A DNA stretch of 64,000 bases from Anaeramoeba ignava BMAN (lineage: Eukaryota > Protista > Anaeramoebae): positions 83-64,082 of the forward strand of contig JAPDFW010000030.1 of assembly GCA_028826165.1 (NCBI GenBank), read 5' to 3'. Below the pieces are notes generated by a model. It did not search any database. It saw nothing but the letters and a program-made list of their open reading frames with translations, and had not been told where the DNA came from. The translations under genes were made by a program, and so were the position numbers. The number at the start of each line of letters is the position of its first letter. Within the stretch, counting starts at the first letter, position 1. Shown one piece after another: positions 44,851 to 56,861 of the stretch.

Positions 44851-45552
44851 ATTTATTTATTTGGATTTTAAAAATGATTTAGAAACTATTGAATAAATAA
44901 TTTACAAAACAAATGAATTGATTTATTTTCATTTAAGAAGACAAATAACACATAATTTATATTTATATTTATATTTATATTTATATTTATATTTTCAATA
45001 AATAAAATAAAAAGAAATGATTTTTTATTTATTTATTTATTTATTTAACATTTTTGAAATCAAAATCAAAATCAAAATCAAAATCAAAAATCAAAATAAA
45101 AATCAAAAATAAAAAAATCATGTAAACTTTGAATGTAATTAATTAATTAATTTATTTTATTTATTTATTTATAAATTAAAAATTATTTTAGATTTTAATT
45201 AATTAATAAATAAATAAATAAATAAATAATAAAAGATTGAAGTAAATAAATAATATAAACAAAAAAAAATGAAAATGAAAATAAATATAAATATAAACTT
45301 TCAAAGTAATTGAAATTTAGATACAATTCCTTAATTAAAATTATTCTAAATTTAAATAAAAAAAATTGAAAAGAAAAAAATGGAAAAAAAATGTTTTTGT
45401 GGATTTTTTTTTTTAAAAAGTGGAATTCATTTTTTTCTTCTTCTTTCATTTTTCTTTTTTTATATATATAATATATAAATAAATCTATTGAAAATTTGAA
45501 AATAAAAATAAAAATAAAAATAAAAATAAAAATAAAAAATAAAAATAAAAAA

Positions 45553-45939
45553 GGGGGATGTTCATCTTTGGCAATGTTTTAAGCTTTGAAATTAGCCACC
45601 CGCCCAAAGAAAAAGCTGGTGTTAACATACTCACCCGAGTCTACGCCCTTATTTATTTCTAATTATTAATTATTAATCAATCCAAATTAAATCAATTTAA
45701 AATCAATTTAATAATTAATAATTCTAATCAAAATTGAACAATATAAGAACAATAATGAAAAGAAATAAATAAGAAACGCGACATTTGTCGTCTTCGTGTA
45801 AAGCCCCAAGTCGTCAACTGAGCCTCCCCGCCGTAGCGTAGCGGAGAGGCCGAAGGCCGGTGCATTGGGGGAGGTGAAGTTGAAAGACATTGGGGCATTT
45901 ACTCGAAAAACGACAAAGTACGCGATATGATCCTTTCTT
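45553..45939. ncRNA. unidentified GC-rich structured ncRNA candidate, copy 1 (strand unresolved, minus slightly favoured)
   Basis: Nested helices CGCG/CGCG, TTTGTCGT/ACGACAAA, GTAAA/TTTAC, GCCCCAA/TTGGGGC, TCAACT/AGTTGA, CCTCCCC/GGGGAGG; 13-bp helix CTTATTTATTTCT/AGAAATAAATAAG; crossing helices at the left end; complementary termini. Confidence 0.65.
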
Positions 45940-45989
45940 ATATTTATATTTATATTTATATTTATATTTATATTTATATATTTTTTATT

Positions 45990-46780
45990 TCAAGTAAATT
46001 TAATATCTAAATCCAAAAATTACTTTATTAACTAATTTATTATTTGTAAGTTTATTTTAATTTCCAAAAATAAATTAATAAATTAATTAATTAATTTTAT
46101 TCTATTTATAATTAATATTTATTCTATTTTATTTTTATATTTATATTTATATTAGATAAAATGTTTATTTTATTTTATTTTATTTTATTTTATTTTATTC
46201 ATCTTCATTTCCAAAATAAAAATAATTCCAAAAAAAATCTAAATTTATATTTATTAATATCTATCATTATTTATAATTATAATTTATCAAAATTAATTAA
46301 TGGAATTTCTTTTTTCAATTAAATTAAATTAGATTAAATTAGATTAGATTTATCTATTATTCTAAATTATTTATCATTTTAAATTATTTTTATTTATTTA
46401 TTTATTTTGTTTTTATTTTTATTTTTAAATAATAAATAAATAAATTTTGATTTTGATTTTGGAAAATATCATTAATTGATTAATAAATAATAAAATAAAA
46501 TAAATCAATAATTTATTTCTAATTCATTTTTTGTTTTTGTTTTTGTTTTTGTTTTTTAATAATTTTTATTTTTAAATTTCCAAATTCATTTTTCATTTTT
46601 CATTTTTCATTTTTTTTTCTTTTCAAAGAATATTTATAAATATAAATATAAATATAAAAATTACCTTTAGAAAATGAAAGGAAACACCAAACACTAAAAA
46701 AATATTCAAATTCAAATTAATTTAAAAGTAAATTTAGATTATTAATTTATTTATTTATTTATTTACAATTTAAAAATTTA
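45990..46780 (+). repeat. block P variant (near-identical to ~57280-58010)
   Basis: TTAATATCTAAATCC ... AAAATGAAAGGAAACACCAAACAC. Confidence 0.85.
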
Positions 46781-46789
46781 ATTTAAATT

Positions 46790-48340
46790 CTTATTTCAAT
46801 TATAAATAATTAAATAATAAATTTAAATTAATTATTTTATTTCTATTATTAATTTTATATTTATTTTAAATTATAAAATTATATTTTATTATTTATTTTT
46901 ATTATTAATTATTTAATTAAATATTTTTATTATTTTTATTTCAATTATAAATAATTAAATAATAAATTTAAATTAATTATTTTATTTCTATTATTAATTT
47001 TATATTTATTTTAAATTATAAAATTATTTTTATTTATTTTTTTTTTTTTATTATTAATTATTTAATTAATTATTTTTATTATTTTTATTTCAATTATAAA
47101 TAATTAAATAATAAATTTAAATTAATTATTTTATTTCTATTATTAATTTTATATTTATTTTAAATTATAAAATTATATTTTATTATTTATTTTTTATTAT
47201 TAATTATTTAATTAAATTATTTTTATTTTTATTTCAATTATAAATAATTAAATAATAAATTTAAATTAATTATTTTATTTCTATTATTAATTTTATATTT
47301 ATTTTAAATTATAAAATTATTTTTTTTTTATTATTTATTTTATTATTAATTATTTAATTTAAATATTTTTATTATTTTTATTTCAATTATAAATAATTAA
47401 ATAAATAAATTTAATTTTATTTATTTCTATTATTTTATTTTAATTTTATATTTTATTTTTAAATTTAAAATTATTTATTTTTATTTATTTTTTTTATTAT
47501 TAATTATTTAATTAAATATTTTTATTATTTTTATTTCAATTATAAATAATTAAATAATAAATTTAAATTAATTATTTTATTTCTATTATTAATTTTATAT
47601 TTATTTTAAATTATAAAATTATTTTTATTTTTATTATTTATTTTTATTATTAATTATTTAATTTAAATATTTTTTTATTATTTTTATTTCAATTATAAAT
47701 AATTAAATAATAAATTTAAATTAATTATTTTATTTCTATTATTAATTTTATATTTATTTTAAATTATAAAATTATATTTTTATTATTTATTTTTATTATT
47801 AATTATTTAATTTAATTATTTTTATTATTTTTATTTCAAAATTATAAATAATTAAATAATAAATTTAAATTAATTATTTTATTTCTATTATTAATTTTAT
47901 ATTTTATTTTAAATTATAAAATTATATTTTTATTATTTATTTTTATTATTAATTATTTAATTTAAATATTTTTATTATTTTTATTTCAATTATAAATAAT
48001 TAAATAATAAATTTAAATTAATTATTTTATTTCTATTATTTATTTTATATTTATTTTAAATTATAAAATTATATTTTTATTATTTATTTTTATTATTAAT
48101 TATTTAATTAATTATTTTTATTATTTTTATTTTAATTTTTAAATAATTTAAATAATAAATTTAAATTAATTATTTTATTTCTATTATTAATTTTATATTT
48201 ATTTTTAAATTATAAAAATTATATTTTATTATTTATTTTTATTATTAATTATTTAATTAAATATTTTTATTATTTTTATTTCAATTATAAATAATTAAAT
48301 AATAAATTTAAATTTATTATTTTATTTTATTTTTATTTTT
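46790..48340 (-). repeat. satellite A array (~10 copies)
   Basis: ~145-bp periodicity. Confidence 0.93.
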
Positions 48341-48866
48341 AATTTATTATTTTTATTTTTTATTATTTTTATTAGGTTAAATAGGTTTTAAATTGAAAAT
48401 TTTGATTAGTGCTTTTATTTTTTAAAAACAAAAAAACAAAAAAATTCACTTTCAAAAACATTTTAATTAATGTAATCTTTATAAAATCAAAAATCAAAAA
48501 TCAAAAATCAAAAATCAAAAATGAAAAGAATTTATAATTAATTAATTAATTAATTGATTCTAAATTAATTAATACAAGATTCAAAAATAATTAACAAAAT
48601 CTTTTTAATTATTTAAAATATAAAAGAATCAAAAAATAATCAATATTAATATTAATAATATTAATATTAAAATCAATTTTTCTTTCAATATCAATAATCA
48701 AAACAAAAAAACTATTCATTAACAAAATAAATTTATTAATATTAATTCTAAATTTTTAATTTTTAATTTTAGTTATAATTTACATTTATTGAAAGAAATT
48801 TCTTATTGTTGTTATTGTTCTTGTTCTTGTTGTTGATAATTTAAAACAAAAATAACGAAAAATAAA

Positions 48867-48995
48867 TTGATTGATTTTCAGATTGATTTTAAGATTTATT
48901 TTCAGATTGATTTTCAGATTTATTTTCAGATTGATTTTCAGATTTATTTTCAGATTTATTTTCAGATTTATTTTCAGATTTATTTTAAGATTGAT
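48867..48995. repeat. short 12-bp minisatellite array
   Basis: About 10 units of AGATT(T/G)ATTTT(C/A). Confidence 0.95.
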
Positions 48996-49325
48996 TGATT
49001 GATTTAATTTGATTTATTTCTCTCTTTATTTGGATAATTTTGCTTTTTAAAAATGATTTAGAAACTATTGAATGAATACTTTACAAACCAAATGAATTGA
49101 TTTATTTTCATTTAAGAAGACAAATAACACATAATTTATATTTATATTTCTATTTCTATTTATATTTTTCAATAAATAAAATAAAAAGAAATGATTTTTT
49201 TATTTATCATTTTTGAAATAAAAATCAAAATAAAAATAAAAATAAAAATAAAAACCAAAATCAAAATCAAAACAATGTAAAGTTTGATTATAATTAATTA
49301 CGATTTATTTATAATTTATGAATGA

Positions 49326-50040
49326 AAAATTATTTTAGATTTTAATAATAAAAAAAAAATGAAAAAAAAAAAATGAAAATAATATCAAGTTGAAGACTGA
49401 GTAACGTTTGGTTGCAATTTCTTAACTGAAAAATTATTTTAGATTTTAATAATAAAAAAAAAATGAAAAAAAAAAAATGAAAATAATATCAAGTTGAAGA
49501 CTGAGTAACGTTTGGTTGCAATTTCTTAACTGAAAATTATTCTAGATTTGGATAAAAAATTGAAATGAAAAAAAAAATGAAAATAATATCAAGTTGAAGA
49601 CTGAGTAACGTTTGGTTGCAATCTCTTAACTGAAAGTTATTCTAGATTTGGATAAAAAATTGATATAAATAATGTAAAAAAAAATTGACAAAATGAAAAT
49701 AATATCAAGTTGAAGACTGAGTAACGTTTGGTTGCAATCTCTTAACTAAAAGTTATTCTAGATTTGGATAAAAATTGAAATGGAAAAAAATGAAAAAATT
49801 TGTAAAAAATAATGTAAAAATAATGTAAAAAATTAATAAAAAATGAAAATAATATCAAGTTGAAGACTGAGTAACGTTTGGTTGCAATTTCTTAACTGAA
49901 AGTTATTCTAGATTTGGATAAAAAATTGAAATGAAAAAAAAAATGAAAATAATATCAAGTTGAAGACTGAGTAACGTTTGGTTGCAATTTCTTAACTAAA
50001 AATTATTCTAGATTTGGATAAAAAATTGAAATGGAAAAAA
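49326..50040. repeat. six-copy array of a conserved ~80-nt unit with variable A-rich linkers
   Basis: Invariant 46-mer ATGAAAATAATATCAAGTTGAAGACTGAGTAACGTTTGGTTGCAAT; AATATCAAG starts at 49381, 49485, 49585, 49701, 49851, 49951. Confidence 0.95.
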
Positions 50041-50389
50041 AAATGAAAAAAAAAATGAAAAAAATTTTTTATGATTTTTTTTTCATTTTTTTTTTGTTAT
50101 TTTTTTATTAATTTTTTAAAAATTTTTTTGTATAAATTTACATTATTTCATCCTCAGTCAATCGAAAACGACTGTAATTAATTAAATTTCTTTTTCACTT
50201 CATTTAGATTCAATTTATCTGATTATTATCTATTATTTATTTATTTATTATTTTAAATTATTTATTTTATTTTTATTAATAAATTTTGATTTGGAAAATA
50301 TCAATCAATTAATTAATAATCAATCAATAATTTATTTCTAATTCATTTCATTTTTTTTTCATTTCCAAAATTTAAATCAAAATTTAAAT

Positions 50390-53120
50390 CAATTTATTTA
50401 TATATATTATAAACAAATTTATAATAAAATAATTTATTAATTTAATTTCCAATTTATTTATAATTTATATTCAAAAAATAAAAAAAATCAATTTCTCTCT
50501 ATATATAAAATATATAAATTTATTTTTTAATTTATTTCAATTCAAATTTAAAAATAAAAAAAATCAATTTATTTATATATATTATAAACAAATTTATAAC
50601 AAAATAATTAATTAATTTAATTCCCAATTTATTTATAATTTATATTCAAAAATAAAAATCAATTTCTCTCTATATATAAATATAAAAATTTAAATTTAAT
50701 TTTTAATTTTTTTCATTTAAAATTTAAAAATAAAAAAATCAATTTATTTATATATATTATAAACAAATTTATAACAAAATAATTAATTAATTTAATTCCC
50801 AATTTATTTATAATTTATATTCAAAAATAAAAATCAATTTATCTCTATATATAAAATATATAAATTTAATTTTTAATTTATTTCTATAATTTAAATTAAA
50901 AATAAAAATCAATTTATTTATATATATTATAAACAAATTTATAACAAAATAATTTATAAATTTAATTCCCAATTTATTTATAATTTATTTATATTCAAAA
51001 AATAAAAAAATCAATTTCTCTCTATATATAAAATATATAAATTTAATTTTTCAATTTATTTATAATTTAAATTAAAAATAAAAATCAATTTATTTATATA
51101 TATATTTTAAATTTTATAATAAAATAATTAATTAATTTTTAATTTTCAATTTATTTATAATTTATATTCAAAAATAAAAAATCAATTTCTCTCTATATAT
51201 AAAATATATAAATTTAATTTTTAATTTATTTCAATTCTAAAATTAAAAATAAAAATCAATTTATTTATATATATAATAAACAAATTTATAATAAAATAAT
51301 TAATTAATTTAATTTTCAATTTATTTATAATTTATATTCAAAAATAAAAATCAATTTCTCTCTATATATAAAATATATAAATTTATTTTTCAATTTATTT
51401 ACAATTTTAAATTAAAAATAAAAATCAATTTATTTATATATATTACAAACATATTTATAACAAAATAATTTATTAATTTAATTCCCAATTTATTTATAAT
51501 TTATATTCAAAAAATAAAAAAATCAATTTCTCTCTATATATAAAATATATAAATTTAATTTTTCAATTTATTTATAATTTAAATTAAAAATAAAAAAAAT
51601 CAATTTATTTTATATATTATAAAACAAATTTATAATAAAATAATTAATTAATTTAATTTTCAATTTATTTATAATTTTATATTCAAAAATAAAAATCAAT
51701 TTCTATATATATAAAATATATAAATTTATTTTTCAATTTATTTTATAATTTAAATTTAAAAATAAAATAAAATCAATTTATTTATATATATTATAAACAA
51801 ATTTATAACAAAAATAATTTATAAATTTAATTTTCAATTTATTTATAATTTATATTCAAAAATAAAAAATCAATTTCTCTCTATATATAAAATATATAAA
51901 TTTATTTTTCAATTTATTTATAATTTAAATTAAAAATAAAAATCAATTTATTTATATATATTACAAACAAATTTATAACAAAATAATTTATTAATTTAAT
52001 TCCCAATTTATTTATAATTTATATTCAAAAATAAAAATCAATTTCTCTCTATATATAAAATATATAAATTTATTTTTCAATTTATTTATAATTTAAATTA
52101 AAAATAAAAAAAATCAATTTATTTATATATATTATAAAACAAATTTATAATAAAATAATTAATAAATTTAATTTTCAATTTATTTATAATTTATATTCAA
52201 AAAATAAAAAAATCAATTTCTCTCTATATATAAAATATATAAATTTATTTTTCAATTTATTTATAATTTAAATTTAAAAATAAAAATCAATTTTATTTTA
52301 TTTATATATTATAAACAATTTTATAACAAAATAATTAATTAATTTATATTTCCAATTTTATTTATAATTTTAATTCAAAAATAAAAATCAATCAATTTTA
52401 TTTATATTTATTATAAACAAATTTATAACAAAATAATTAATAAATTTAATTTCCAATTTATTTATAATTTTAATTCAAAAATAAAAAAACCAATTTCTCT
52501 CTATATATAAAATATATAAATTTAATTTTTAATTTATTTATAATTCAATTCAAAATAAAAAAATCAATTTATTTATATATATTATAAACAAATTTATAAC
52601 AAAATAATTAATCAATTTAATTTTCAATTTATTTATAATTTATATTCAAAAATAAAAATCAATTTCTCTCTATATATAAAATATATAAATTTAATTTTCA
52701 ATTTATTTATAATTTAAATCAAAAATAAAAAAATCAATTTATTTATATATATTATAAACAAATTTATAATAAAATAATTTATTAATTTAATTCCCAATTT
52801 ATTTTATAATTTATATTCAAAAATAAAAATCAATTTCTCTCTATATATAAAATATATAAATTTATTTTTCAATTTATTTATAATTTAAATTAAAAATAAA
52901 AAAAATCAATTTATTTATATATTATAAACAAACACATAATAAAAATAACTAATTAATTTAATTTTCAATTTATTTATAATTTATATTCAAAAATAAAAAT
53001 CAATTTCTCTCTATATATAAAATATATAAATTTATTTTTCAATTTATTTATAATTCAAATTAAAAATAAAAAAATCAATTTATTTATATATATTATAAAC
53101 AAATTTATAACAAAATAATT
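50390..53120. repeat. satellite B array (~16 copies, more heterogeneous)
   Basis: Same ~170-bp unit with one shortened variant near 52.4 kb. Confidence 0.95.
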
Positions 53121-53939
53121 TTATAAATTTAAATTCAAAAATAAAAAATCAATAATTTCAAAAATCTAAATTTATACTTATTTATATCATTATTTATATT
53201 TATAATTTATCAAAGGTAATTAATTAATTAAATTTCTTTTTCACTTCATTTAGATTCAATTTATCTGATTATTATCTATTATTTATTTATTTATTATTTT
53301 AAATTATTTTATTTTTATTAAATAAATTTTGATTTGGAAAATATCAATCAATTAATTAATAATCAATCAATAATTTATTTCTAATTCATTTCATTTTTTT
53401 TTCATTTCCAAAATTTAAATCAAATTTAAATCAAAATTTAAATCAAAATTTAAATCAAAATTTAAATCAAATTCAAAATTCAAATTCAAAATTTAAATCA
53501 AAATTTAAATCAAAATTTAAATCAAATTCAAAATTCAAATTCAAAATTTAAATCAAAATTTAAATCAAAATTTAAATTCAAATTCAAAATTCAAAATCTA
53601 TTGATAATTTGTTCTGAAAATAAAATCTAAATATAAATATAAAAAAAAATCAAATTGATATTATTTTTATATGTTTTATTTAGAAACAAAAAAAAATCAT
53701 CAAATTTGTTTTGTTTTGTTTGTTTCATTTCTTTTAATATTTTTATCTAAAATAAATAAATTAAAAATCCAATTTTTCTTTTTCTTTTCTTTTCTTTTTT
53801 TATTGATTCAAAATATTCCATAAAAATAAAAAATAAAAAAAAATTGATTATTAATTTTTTTATAAGTTTTTGGAATTCCTTAAAATGTCTGTATTCATTT
53901 TAAAATATTTATCATTTTATTTATTTATTTTTATTTATT

Positions 53940-54415
53940 ATTAATAAATTTAAATTATTTATTTTATTTCTATTATTAATTTTATATTTATTTTAAATTA
54001 TAAAATTATATTTTATTATTTATTTTTATTATTAATTATTTAATTAAATATTTTTATTATTTTTATTTCAATTATAAATAATTAAATAATAAATTTAAAT
54101 TAATTATTTTATTTCTATTATTAATTTTATATTTATTTTAAATTATAAAATTATATTTTATTATTTATTTTTATTATTAATTATTTAATTAAATATTTTT
54201 ATTATTTTTATTTCAATTATAAATAATTAAATAATAAATTTAAATTAATTATTTTATTTCTATTATTAATTTTATATTTATTTTAAATTATAAAATTATA
54301 TTTTATTATTTATTTTTATTATTAATTATTTAATTAATTATTTTTATTATTTTTATTTCAATTATAAATAATTAAATAATAAATTTAAATTAATTATTTT
54401 ATTTCTATTATTTAA
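53940..54415 (-). repeat. satellite A array (~3 copies)
   Basis: TTTCTATT at 53967, 54112, 54257, 54402 (exactly 145 bp apart). Confidence 0.95.
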
Positions 54416-54943
54416 TTTATTATTTTATTTATTATTTTTATTAGGTTAAATAGGTTTTAAATTGAAAATTTTGATTAGTGCTTTTATTTTTTAAAAACAA
54501 AAACAAAAAAAAAAATTCACTTTCAAAAACATTTTAATTAATGTAATCTTTATAAAATCAAAAATCAAAAATCAAAAATGAAAAGAATTTATAATTAATT
54601 AATTAATTAATTGATTCTAAATTAATTAATATAAGATTCAAAAATAATTAACAAAATCTTTTTAATTATTTAAAATGTAATCAAAAATCAAAAAATCAAA
54701 AAATAATCAATATTAATATTAATAATAATATTATTAAAATCAATTTTTCTTTCAATATAAATAATCAAAACAAAAAAAACTATTCATTAACAAAATAAAT
54801 TTATTAATATTAATTCTAAATTTTTAATTTTTAATTTTAATTTTAATTTACATTTATTGAAGGAAATTTCTTATTGTTGTTATTGTTGTTCTTGTTGTTA
54901 ATTTGTTGATAATTTAAAACAAAAAATAAAACGAAAAATAAAT

Positions 54944-56170
54944 TGATTGATTGATTTTCAGATTTATTTTTAGATTTATTTTCAGATTTATTTTCAGATT
55001 TATTTTCAGATTTATTTTCAGATTTATTTTAAGATTTATTTTAAGATTTATTTTCAGATTTATTTTCAGATTTATTTTCAGATTTATTTTCAGGTTATTT
55101 TTATTTTTATTTTTAGATTTATTTTCAGATTTATTTTTTTATTTTAAGATTTATTTTTCAGATTTAACAAAAAGATTTGATTTTCAAGATTTATTTTAAG
55201 ATTTATTTAAGATTTATTTTAGATTTATTTTTAAGATTTATTTTTAGATTTATTTTAGATTTATTTTCAGATTTATTTTAAGATTTATTTTTAGATTTAT
55301 TTTTAGATTTATTTTCAGATTTATTTTTAAGATTTATTTAAGATTTATTTTTAGATTTTTAAAGATTTATTTTAAGATTTATTTTAAAATTTATTTTAAT
55401 TTTTATTTTCAGATTTATTTTCAGATTTATTCTTTCAGATTTATTTTAGATTTATTTTCAGATTTATTTTCAGATTTATTTTCAGATTTATTTTCAGATT
55501 TTATTTTCAGATTTATTTTCAGATTTAAAATTTTCAGATTTGATTTTCAGATTTATTTTCAGATTTATTTTCAGATTTATTTTCAGATTTATTTTAAGAT
55601 TTATTTTCAGATTTATTTTCAGATTTATTTTCAGATTTATTTTCAGATTGATTTTCAGATTTATTTTCAGATTTATTTTCAGATTTATTTTTCAGATTTA
55701 TTTTAAGATTTATTTTCAGATTTATTTTCAGATTTATTTTCAGATTTATTTTCAGATTTATTTTCAGATTTATTTTCAGATTTATTTTCAGATTTATTTT
55801 CAGATTTATTTTAAGATTTATTTTCAGATTTATTTTCAGATTTATTTTCAGATTTATTTTCAGATTTATTTTAAGATTTATTTTCAGATTTATTTTCAGA
55901 TTTATTTTCAGATTTATTTTCAGATTTATTTTCAGATTTATTTTCAGATTTATTTTCAGATTTATTTTCAGATTTATTTTCAGATTTATTTTTAGATTTA
56001 TTTTAAGATTTATTTTAAGATTTATTTTCAGATTTATTTTCAGATTTATTTTCAGATTTATTTTCAGATTTATTTTCAGATTTATTTTTAGATTTATTTT
56101 CAGATTTATTTTCAGATTTATTTTCAGATTTATTTTCAGATTTATTTTTAAGATTTATTTTAAGATTGAT
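54944..56170. repeat. 12-bp minisatellite (AGATTTATTTTC)n, longest array
   Basis: Directly visible; noisy between ~55090 and ~55540. Confidence 0.97.
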
Positions 56171-56861
56171 ATTTATTTATTTGGCTTTTAAAAATGATTT
56201 AGAAACTATTGAATAAATAATTTACAAAACCAAATGAATTGATTTATTTTCATTTAAGAAGACAAATAACACATAATTTATGTTTATATTTATATTTATA
56301 TTTATATTTATATTTATGTTTTCAATAAATAAAATAAAAAGAAATGATTTTTTATTTATTTATTTATTTATTTAACATTTTTGAAATCAAAATCAAAATC
56401 AAAATCAAAAATCAAAATCAAAATAAAAATCATGTAAACTTTGAATGTAATTAATTAATTAATTTATTTATTATTTATTTATTTATTTATAAATTAAAAA
56501 TTATTTTAGATTTTAATTAATTAATAAATAAATAAATAAATAATAAAAGATTGAAGTAAATAAATAATATAAACAAAAAAAAATGAAAATGAAAATAAAA
56601 ATAAATATAAACTTTCAAAGTAATTGAAATTTAGATACAATTCCTTAATTAAAATTATTCTAAATTTAAATAAAAAAAATTGAAAAGAAAAAATGGAAAA
56701 AAAAATGTTTTTGTGGATTTTTTTTTTAAAAAGTGGAATTCATTTTTTTCTTCTTCTTTCATTTTTCTTTTTTTATATATATATAATATATAAATAAATC
56801 TATTGAAAATAAAAATAAAAATAAAAATAAAAATAAAAATAAAAAATAAAAAATATAAAAA

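Noticed and set aside
45627-45637. U1-like ATACTCACCCG, and U3-like GGATCAT on the minus strand near 45930
   Set aside because: Only short mismatched words; no U1 stem-loops or Sm site in the right order, and no C/D boxes.
45812-45848. Resemblance to bacterial GTAG-type REP or IS200/IS605 ends (GTCAAC..., CCGCCGTAGC)
   Set aside because: Superficial similarity only; no TnpA, TnpB, IscB or Fanzor ORF in the window. Worth revisiting only if a database search supports it.
45708-45890. 60-aa minus-strand ORF MSFNFTSPNAPAFG... (also 57006-57188)
   Set aside because: It is short, has no recognisable domain, has GC-rich codons unlike this window and is expected by chance in a GC island; extensive base pairing explains the sequence better. 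Not formally excluded.
45796-45905. SRP RNA, RNase MRP/P or HDV-like ribozyme identity for the GC rod
   Set aside because: No helix-8 AGCAG motif and the apical domain is too small for SRP; GCCCC/GGGGC is nested rather than a P4 pseudoknot with P2/P3; AGCCTCCCCGC lacks the HDV P3/P1 pairings.
49396-49420. Hammerhead-like CUGAGUA...GCAA in the array unit
   Set aside because: It lacks the invariant CUGANGA and GAAA core nucleotides.
49326-50040. CRISPR array (core contains a GTT...AAC 38-mer)
   Set aside because: Conservation extends well beyond the 38-mer, linkers are low-complexity and related to each other, periods vary from 100 to 150 bp, there are no cas genes and the context is eukaryotic.
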